A stretch of 64,000 nt of DNA from Bugula neritina. Taxonomy: Eukaryota; Animalia; Bryozoa. Location of the stretch: NCBI GenBank assembly GCA_964035545.1, contig OZ037767.1:25374628-25438627 (forward strand). Reading direction: 5' to 3'. The position numbers and the translations under genes were made by a program. This document shows positions 53,546 through 64,000 of the stretch, piece after piece. The stretch's first letter is position 1, and every line of letters begins with the position of its first letter. The notes under the pieces are model-generated. The model searched no databases, was not told the origin of the DNA, and saw only the letters and a program-made list of their open reading frames with translations.

Positions 53546-55175
53546 GTAAAACAATCCATTTTTTGTATTTTATCACCACCTGGAAAAAAAGAAAAATATG
53601 TTTACATTATTTTTAACTGTACATAAATAGTAGCAAGCTTTGTAAATATCCATCTTTTTGTTAATAAATAATGCAATAGACAGTTGAAATTTCGACTCAT
53701 GATTCATAGCTGAAATAATATACTTTGACTAGGTTTTAGGTTTTGTTAGCAGGGCTTTTTCAATGAGGGGATTAAAGAATTCCCCCTGGCAACTGTCCAA
53801 TTAACTGCATTCCTATCTGTTGAAGAGTCACTTTTCATTGATAATTTCCCAAATAGTTATAACGTGAATTATTGACTAGTACCGGCTTGGTTAAGGCAAG
53901 TAAAAGCTTCCACTGTTCAAAGTTTACTGATATTGCTAAATTCGCTTGTTATGCCATTACTAAGTGCTTCCGCACCTAGTATGTTTTTCTATAACTACAA
54001 AGCTATTTATTTGCTAATTGCACTTTGTGTAATGGTATATTATTCTTTAAAAATCAACAATCTTGTTATTGAAAACATAGTTTTGGGTCAAGTGATTCTG
54101 TGATGATACTTTTTTTCTAATTTTTCTTCCTAAAAATTGTAGGATAGACCAATCTTTACAGAGGGTATAACATTGCTTTAGTTAGAATCTTTAAGTCTCA
54201 AAAGTCTCAAATTCTTCAATGAGATAATAAGTGTAGTGGGCTTGGGTAATGTTTTAGTAAAGATTTTGTGTGGTTACAACCAGTTACTTGTAAGCCTAAT
54301 CATCACATCAGTTTAACTCAATGGTTGATGTACAGACCACCAATTAAGTCTGTCCTAAAATTTGTAGCATTTGATAAGTGCAAAGGTACCAAACAGTGCT
54401 TTAGGTTGGGAAGATATTATATTTGAGAAAATGAGATCATTGTGTCTACTACTTGGTTCGTGTAATAACACAGCCTCTCTATTCTCCAATACTATTGGTA
54501 GGCAAGGTTTACCTATTATAGCACAGTCAGTTGGTACAGCCACTATAAGTTACAGGTTTTATTGAACTGGTTTTGTAGATCAGTAAATAAGTATGGGTTT
54601 CTTTAACAATGATATTTTCTAACTTTATTAATATTTTTTGAATTTTAATTGTGTTGTTGCCAAGAATAGTTGCTTTAAGATCTTACTTGATTTTTCATGT
54701 AACATTAGCTTGAGTGTTATATATAATATTACCATATTTGTTTACATTTAATTGGTTTGTTAACTGTTTAGTCTTGAAGGTGAGATTCAAAGCATTTGTA
54801 ACAGTCAAGGTCAAATGCCCTGAAAACAATGAGCAGAAAGATCATGATATATCAGTTTGGTATAACTAATTTATTATAATGTCATGCATAGAAAAATATT
54901 ATGTTGCCAAAAAGCTTGTTTCCCCCCTAAAAGTAAGAAAGTAACATAAAATTCAAACAAAAAAGCAATAATTGAAAATAGTTTTTAATTTAACAACTGC
55001 TCGCAAAAGCTTGACAAAGTGACATGAAGCTTTATATATTGTCTAATACCATAAATATATTATGATATAAAAATGTATACAATGATAATTATAATTATAT
55101 AGCTATCATTAAAGCACACTGTCAATATTTTTTTTCAAGTTTGGAATGTGAACAATGTTTGAAGCTAACTTTTTG

Positions 55176-58100
55176 TTATAGTTGATATTTGAATGGTATG
55201 TCTTTGTAGACAGGCCATTTCTCCAGAACTGACTCAAAGAACTCGTTGTCGGCCACACTGAAGCAATTCTTCCAGTCGCCAACCTTGCCTGAAGGCAACA
55301 CAACACGCATAAATTACAGACAAGTTGCATGCAAACAAAATATGATTGTGCGTGCTTTGAAATAAATTAATTCATTACTTTATTATAGGTAGGTCTAATT
55401 TGTTGTTGACATGTTTTCCATTGCTTCTATCAAGACAATTGATTTTATCAACATTCAAGCTCAAAATATTGCTTTCTGCTATTACTTTATTTATTATTTC
55501 TATTTATTTTTTATTGACACTTTTTTCATCATTTTCATCAAGTCAATTGATTTTACCAACATTTAAGCTCAAACTATTGCTTTCGACTATATATAAACAT
55601 TTACCAATGTGAATTGTAATTGTCTTACCTTTCCTGTACACATCTGCAGCAGCACCTTTCTTTGCATTTTGAAACTAAATAAATTCAAAAATGCATTTAA
55701 ATTTGAGAGAATAATAGGCTTGATAACAAATGAACACACTATTTGGGTCTATAAATTCAAGTTTGAATTCACTTACATGAAGTCGATAACTATTCATATA
55801 TAAATTCAGCCTAAAGACAGTAGCAAAAAAAAAACTCATCACTTACTATGCCAATTTTCTGCCCGATTTCATCCATGCTTCCACTTTTGGCATCTTTCAT
55901 CCTTTCAAAGCTTGTTGCCTCAGCTATTTGACGAATGAGCTCACGGCTTCTGTTGGTGCCCATAAATGCATCTATTTTTTCTACAGTTTTAACCGTCTCC
56001 TTTAATAAAAGCAGCATCTATGTAATATTAAACTACAATTCTATAGCATTATATAAAACATTCCCTCTAAAAGCATATCTGCACTTTGATTTTAATGAAT
56101 AGAACATATTTATTAATTTAATAATAATTTTAATCTTTAATAAAATTACGGTGCACAAAATTAAACTTAAAAAATGTGGGAAAAGATGGCCATTGATTGT
56201 GCTGTTAACATGTCTGTTAGGAAGCCACCATGCTGCCTTGTATAATGTTTGATCGCTCTAGCTTGAATTGACTCGCTTTGTGAAAACAGCTTACCAAAAC
56301 TAGGTCTTCATAGAATATAATGAGGAGATTTGGGTCATCTCTTAGAGACCACATGTATTCTACGTAATCAAAATAGTTTCCTAGAGCCTGATCTTTAGTT
56401 AGAAAAGAATGTCTGATATATTCGCTAAGAGACATTTTCACCATGTCATCCACATATTCCGTCCCATCAGTAAACAATCTTGTCATCTATAATATTGATA
56501 AAAATGATGATAATAATATATTGATAGCTGATGACCGATTTTTAGACATAATATTCACACAGCATGCTTTTTTGTTATTTTCAAGTTGTTTTTTATAAAC
56601 TGAATGCATCTTCTACATGCTAACAATATTCAACAGCCTGTAGTTATTGGGTTTCGAAACTATGCCATTCCACTCTAGCAAAATAGCTCAACAACCAATT
56701 TTGAATGAATACTACCTTTTAAGTGCAAAACTGTTGAGTATTAAAGGTTTTACTGCAACATTACACTTCATACTGCGATTGTTTGAAAAGGTGGCTGAAT
56801 ACTAATGTTGAATAAGTAATATACGTATAATCTTTGGTGAACACGCAATCATCAGCTTCCAGGATTCATAGGGTGACTGCAGTTCGAAAGTTGAATTATA
56901 CTAAAGGAAATAGCTAGTACTTTTTTAATACATTGTGACGATATAATAATATAAACTCAGAAAGCTTTAATAACTCATCTCTGTGCTTAAATAAATTAAT
57001 TTGTTCATATAGTCAGCATTTGCTTGTAAATCCTTGAAAGAAAAAATTTTTTTACCTTTCTATGTGCATGTTAGTGAGCTTCAACTGTATAACTTCAACT
57101 GTATGAATTTCCTTATCAATTTGAAACTGTAATGCGCAACATTGTTCCACAACAACTATTATCTTATCAGAATGTACCAACATGTTTTAGTTGTACCCAA
57201 ATCTATTTTTAGCCGGCTTTCCTTGTACGTCTGCTGGATGTTAGACCTCAGCTACAAATTTGTCCCCCACTTCCCTGTTGTGCTAACAACACTTTCTAGC
57301 TTTTGAAACATGCTGAATCATAAAGTTATATAAGTATTTTAAATGAAATATTGCAAAAGTGATTTAGATTGCATAGATTTCCAGTTAAATATTTACTATA
57401 AACTGTGACTATGATTTATATAAATTTAGAAGCTAATTTATAAGTTAGTAGAACTGCTCCTGTGTTACAACTCATTAAATAACTCAGCATCAATTGTGTA
57501 TATACTTATACCAACAGCATGAATCAACCTAACATACTTAATGAAATTATAACAGTTTTTTTATGCTTATCAGAAAAATGAAAAATAGGAAATTGTAAAA
57601 TTCCTGCTTAAAATGTGTTTTGCAAGAGAATTTTTGAGAGCACAAGGTCAGTAGCTTGAATCCACTAATAATTGTTTCTTTGCCGCAATAGTAAACACTA
57701 GAATTAAAAATTTTTTCCATAAAGGATTAGTATGGAGTTAGCTGCCATAAACTTGCGTGAGTGTTAATTACTTTAATCGTTGACAAACAAAAACCAAGAA
57801 GTTCAATATTCAAATAATAATCAAGATTGTTTGTAAACATTCGGTAGTGATCTTTCAACTTATTTTGGATGCCATATTTGATTGCATAAATTGCATCGTA
57901 GTAAATCATTGAATAAATATTTGGTAGTTTGTTGTCAGTGGTCCAAAAGTCACAGTGTTTATCGGGTAACGGTATCAGGTAACGATTCAGGTGACCTTGG
58001 TCAACTAACCGCATTTTATAATTTCTTTGAAAGATTGTATGAATAGACCATAACGTTAATAGTTGAAAATATTTTCTCACTTAGCTATGGTTTTGGGCCT

Positions 58101-61100
58101 AACTTTTTCTATAGAATGAAAAAGCATTATTTAAATATTATTATTATCAAATTTGCAAGCACACACGCACACACGCACGCACGCACATTGTATTTTTATA
58201 TATTTATGTAAATACTATACTTTTTAGCAGCAAATACATGTGATCATAACATAGCTTCATATTAACAGGTTTTATTACCTATGATTCATACAATAAAAAT
58301 AGGCACAGATCCTTCTTATTTCCTCAATGCTTATGATATCACAATTTTATTAGCATAAATAACCAACCATTTATTCAAATATAATTATGTATACAAGCAA
58401 ATTGTTAGAATTGTTGCTTATCTCTACAGGATATATAGATAATTAATTTTTTTGTACTAAACTGCTGATTGGGTAACTTTTCAGCTTTATAATTATAGTT
58501 ACGCCATAACTAGAATTATATATCCGCTCTCCAAAGTGTGCAATAAATAGTTCCTATATATCCGCATTCTCACTGTTCTTGCAACATTATATCAGTATAT
58601 AATGTCAAGGGTAGTCCTTTAAATAGTTGTAACATGTACTTTCTTCTAATTGCTTGAGTTTACTGCATGTTTTATATATATCACCATACCTAACAGTGTT
58701 TAAGGTCATCAAAATGTAAGCTAATTAGATTAAACATAAGTAATTTAGTAGTGTGTCTAAACTTGCCTTGGTTGTGTGGTGCTTATACATACACAGGGTA
58801 TAAAATAGCAGAAGACAATGACCTGTAATTTGTATAGTAATATACTTCAAGAATAATATTTTATCTACACAAGTCAATACTTTGTATTCATGCTTATCAG
58901 CCATAGCAGTATCTTCTCATATAGCCATTCCTTAACCACTACTCAATCTTTTAGAAAATAACTATTACTACTTTATATAAATTTATCTTGTAAATGGTTC
59001 ATTTAACTCGTGCATTTTTTATATTTCTATAAATTTTATTTTGTGTTTTTATCTATAAATTCTATTTCAGACATCTATACACTTACTTGTAATAAATCAT
59101 AGTGCTTAGCTTTTCCCTAACTAAACATAGTCATCAACTATGGGCTAGGTTTTTTTTACAAAAAAAGTAAAAAATTAGGAAATATTTATACTAATTTACA
59201 TAAGCTTTACTTGTAGCTGCTTAAAAATTAGTAAAAAGTTTTTAAGTAGTAAATTAGAACTAAGAGAAAAATTCTAATAATGACATCAATTTTGTTCATT
59301 ACAGTTTCTAGAAGTAAGAAATTCATAATTTATACTCTTCCTAGAAATTTCAGCATCTCATTTGCAATATGAATTTAAACTTTCTTTTTAATAAATGAGC
59401 AGTTTGACAGTATGAATTCATGCACCACGAGTTACATTGCAGTTATAGGCATTGGTTTGACATTAGCTATAGACATGTTCTATAACTAAGGAAGCAGTGT
59501 CGATGTTGGACATTCTCTAAGGCTGCCAGTATCAGTAAATGTGGATAAATGGAAACATGGCTATACTTACATTCAGCATGTAGTTGTAATAGGATACTGC
59601 AACATCCTTCGGATTCCTCAGTACTAAACAATATAAAGAGCACAATGCAGAGTATATTATGTTACATGTTATTGGCAATTAGTTATACATGTACATTTAC
59701 AGCACGGCAAAATATATGTATCCCCCAATGCGTATTGTGATAGTAAATCGGAGTTTTAAATTCTTTTAGCATTGATTGAAAAATATGTAGCTTGAAATTT
59801 TGTTCATGACTCAAAACAGCAAAATTTTCTACTTAAGCTGACTTTAATATGTACCATATATATAACTCTACAACTGCACTTGCTAAGTTATGTACTTTTC
59901 AACAGATTTTTCAAATACTATTATCAATATTTTATCTTAGCTGGTTTTAATATAGAATAATTTACGATGTACTAATAACAATAGCCTGAGCAGCTGAACA
60001 ATCCTGTCTTACAATACTGTATCATTACATGAATTGAAATAATTAAGTTTTATACAAATCTATCTTATTAATCATATAGATTATAGTGATCATGTATGTA
60101 AAATATGTTATATTAACACTGGTAACAAATTATAGAAAAAGTAAAATATATCAATGCCTTGAAGCCTGTTGAAATAAACTAAAGATTGAAGATGCATCAC
60201 TTAGCAATACATTGTAGTATATGACCTTCATGATATACCAAATACCTATAATTAATTTACAAGAAGTTTTTGCCCATTTGCATATAATTTATATTAAAAT
60301 CAGTAAACCCCCTAACTGCACCCACTACCTACATTTACCCTCTCCACCCACGCAATGCTGTAGAATGCAAAGCTTCCTACAATGAAGTTTCCATATTCAT
60401 TTCTATTAAAATTGCTGCCATGTTTTGCTTTAGAAAATAATGCATTGTCATCAGTAACAACACTGCCTATGAGACACTTCAGCAATAATGTAGGTGTATA
60501 ACTTTTAGACCAGGGAAAATATTCCAATAACTATGGTGGATATTTGACAGCTGCAAAAAATGGCACTTAGCCTTTTTCAAGGTTGGCTATAAAACCGTGC
60601 AGTGTAGGTTGAAATTAGGTGCCCAAATCTCATTGCTATTTGGCACTAAAATATACAAATTAAGAGGCTTCTATGTCATAATAAAATAGTTTTTTGTGTT
60701 CATGATGTGATGAATATTTTAGAACAATTGAATCATTTGAGTTACCTAGGACAGTTTTCCTGCCGTGGAATTCTTTGGGCAGTACGTCAAGCCTGTAGTG
60801 AGTGTTGAGCACCCTCGGAGATGGAAACCATTCGTCACACTTTGATAGTGGGCAGAATTCAATGTTACAATACAGCTTTGACTTCTTTATGTGTTCTGCG
60901 GATCCATTAAGGAGCATGTTCATCACCTCCCAGGTTACGTGAGTGCCTGCAGCAATATCACATAGCAAACAATGAAAAGCTACGTCTTAAGGATTTCTAG
61001 GAAATGATCTGGATGTTATTTAATAATTATTGCCCAATAAAACAAAATGGCTTCTCTAACTTCCTTAAGTTTCACAATCATTAACTTTTCCACTTGATTC

Positions 61101-61557
61101 TAGAAACGTGTATTTGACATTAAAAGCCAAAATGATAGTAAAGCAATATTCTACCAATTAATCATTATTCTTAAAATAAATCAACATATATGTCACATGA
61201 TATAAGCCAACTTAATACAACTTCTATGATCAACTCAAAAAGGATTAAATAAGCGATGGAAAGCTATAGGTATGTTGGTTGAGATTTCCTAACATAGCTT
61301 GTTGTTAAGGTACAAAGTACAGGGTACACCCATGTATGTCACACTAAGCTGTTAATGCTGATATACTTACCATTTCTTGGGTATGTGGCAAGTAGGAAAT
61401 CTTCATCCCTCCACTTGTACTTCTGCATATCTCTACTAACCTCATGGTAATGCTCTATGTCGCCCCCTGGAATCCCAAAGTTACTGATTGCCGTTACTTT
61501 TACCGAGCCTTCTTGGTTACTAAAATAAAATTCTTTCTCATTTTTCATTTTATCCAT
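55176..61557 (-). CDS. Cytosolic sulfotransferase (Sulfotransfer_1, SULT1-like)
   Basis: Exons 61371-61557, 60746-60946, 59571-59623, 56295-56486, 55847-55999, 55629-55674, 55176-55288. 5'-PSB TYPRNGTH, catalytic His in RVLNTHY, 3'-PB RNPKDVAVSYY, FYEDL, and RKGKVGDWKN. Confidence 0.95.
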
Positions 61558-62887
61558 TTTCAATTGCTTGACAATAAAACTGTAGAGTGCAACGTATGGT
61601 ATGTACTAAAAGCAGAGTGTAGGATAATGCTTAGTGCACAAAGTTAAATAATGTTGCTAAATTACTGAGGCATAAACAGCTCCCCAAGGCAAATGCGAAC
61701 TGACTGAATTGAGAAATGTGCAGAGCGCTATTTATGATAATGGCTTGTATCTAATCTGTCAAGACTTGGCAATCGCACCACTACATTTTGTTTACCAATT
61801 TCTTGAGAGTCAACATGTAGGCCGTGGGCTTTGATGATGTCAGAGGTACAGAATTACGCATCATAACGATAGACTTTAGCCACCAAGTTTTACATAATAT
61901 GATCAAGATAATATAGGCAGGGTATAGTAATGTACAATATATGTGTCAGTCCCACAAATCATAAAGTTCTACTCCAAATTATATAATAATATTACTACAA
62001 ATTTTAATAATGATTATTACAAATAACCATTTACTATAAATAGCTAATTACTGCAAATAACTAATTACTAGCATAACATGTGTTTAAAAAGTTTCTATAA
62101 ATATCATTAGTTTAGAGAAGGAACTTGACAGTTAAAGAAAGTTTTTTATCTCAGCTTAATACAGTGGCACATAACACATTCTATGAAGTTATGACTTCTA
62201 AGTTATAAATAGTAACATTATGAAATATCTAGAGACAGATATATTAGCAATTTAGTTCTTATCTCAACAATTTGCTTATTTTGATAAACAAGCATGATGA
62301 CTGTTTTGTTTTTAGAAATGAAATGTTAAAAATTGGTACAAGTCTAATGATTATGTAAAGGATGATGACATTCACTACAGGTGCAGCCATGTTAGTTGAC
62401 GCTATGAACCACCTTTTATGTTGCTTTGTATGCTTATAGACGGCAAATATTTTTAGTTTTTGTGTAATAAATTACCTGATGCCAATTTAATATGTCTCGA
62501 CGTTCTATTTATAATATTATAATTTATAATAATTATTCTAATGATTCAGAATTCTTTCATGAAAAGTACTAAAATATCTCAGCTTGGGTCGTAAGCGCAG
62601 ACACATTAAACATTTGCCTCATCATTGGCAAGAGTACATACTGCATATCTAAATTATTAATAGCATGATATTGAATGTGAATTTTATTACTTGTCACAAA
62701 TAACTTATTCTCTAGTAAATTCTAACTGTATGAAGCACTATTAAACTATCTTGGAAAATTTCATTGGAGTTATTTTAATAAATTCTAAAACTTTATTACA
62801 ATGTAAAATTTCAGTGGTCAGGAAAAAGCGAAGTCTCTTTCATATCTGGCCTTATATCACACACAAGGTTTAACAATTAAACAAAAC

Positions 62888-62889
<2 letters not shown>

Positions 62890-62962
<73 letters not shown>

Positions 62963-63089
62963 GTGTGTGTGTGTGTGTGTGTGTGTCTGTGTTGTGTTGT
63001 GTGCGTGCGTGCGTGTGCGTGGGTGCGTGGGTGCGTGGGTGCGTGGGTGCGTGTGCGTGCGTGCGTGTGTGCGTGTGTGTGTGTGTGTG
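62890..63089. repeat. Compound (TG)n/(TGCG)n/(GTGCGTGG)n microsatellite
   Basis: Direct reading. Confidence 0.97.
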
Positions 63090-63130
63090 ATATATACATA
63101 AAACTTTATTTCAATGTAAAATTTCAACGG

Positions 63131-63141
63131 TATATATATAC

Positions 63142-63194
<53 letters not shown>

Positions 63195-63198
63195 TATA
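63131..63198. repeat. Imperfect (TA)n microsatellite
   Basis: Direct reading. Confidence 0.95.
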
Positions 63199-64000
63199 TT
63201 TATAGAGTTATCCAGGTTCATTTTGGCAGCAGTCTTTGGATTGACAGCATGTGATTTGCACTATAAACAACATGCTTTTCAGTGCTTATCTAAAATTTAT
63301 GACTACCAACGACATAATTGACAATTAATTATCTATTCATTCTATCAACAGTATTTGTTAATACTCCTAGCAAAAAGTGGACAACTACCAATATGTTGCA
63401 TAATCTAATCAATTTTATTCCTACAAATGTAAGTAAAGCTTTATCTTTTAATAAAACCTTTAAATCTAAAACGTTAACCATGCATACTTCAGCTGCAAAA
63501 ACATATTGGATCTGATATTACATATATCAAAATATTTTTTTATTATAGCAGAGTAATATTATTATACTATAGCAGAGTAATAATACTATGTATATCCTGG
63601 TCAGAAATCCAAGATTCTTATCAAAAGAAAACAAGTCTATTTAAAATGAACATAATATCCAGGGTACATGGATATGCTTGAAAAAATGACAAAAATAATT
63701 ATTAAATGTTATGAAAGCTTTGCACAACCTGACTTTGACTGCAGTGCTATATTTTATACTGAGGATATGCAACTATATATTTATATGGCACAACACTTGC
63801 AAGCATATGTAAGCTTCTTCCTTATTCAACTGAAATTTCGTCAGTATGACCCTGCGCTAGGAGAATCCATTTTGATGTGAGAGAGTACAGGCCCTGGCAC
63901 CACACATCTTCTGAAGCAGTGACCACAGCAGATTAGTTTACCCACGCAGTCTTTATCCCTCTTACACTTGTCTTTTATCTTCTTGTTGCACTTTCCTCTT

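Noticed and set aside
57727-58080. 117-aa ORF in a sulfotransferase intron
   Set aside because: Non-ATG start, no recognisable motif, not needed by the SULT frame; possibly a repeat remnant, but no termini found.
62857-63205. CV/HT-repeat ORFs
   Set aside because: Microsatellite translations.

Overview
AT-rich, intron-dense animal (invertebrate, probably lophotrochozoan) genomic DNA; the taxon cannot be fixed from sequence alone. Eight spliced protein-coding genes were reconstructed by hand with GT-AG introns and consistent phases. They are CCDC150 (-, runs off the left edge), a RING/B-box/B-box/coiled-coil/beta-propeller TRIM-like gene (+), a type I membrane protein with a divergent SUEL-like lectin domain (+), CEP57 (-), FAM76 (+), akirin (-), POLR2F/RPB6 (+) and a cytosolic sulfotransferase (-). 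There is also an orphan exon-like ORF. Repeats: three MITEs, two copies of a tRNA-derived SINE, a decayed LINE RT fragment, eight minisatellites and microsatellites. Highlights: (1) CEP57 and FAM76 are head-to-head with ATGs 358 bp apart, the arrangement I recall for human FAM76B/CEP57; (2) all eight minisatellites lie within about 50 bp of an exon edge, one tandemly copying a CEP57 splice donor in frame and one copying the POLR2F stop codon; (3) the lectin-like receptor and the sulfotransferase have altered signature motifs. Gene identities rest on recalled motif similarity, not database searches.
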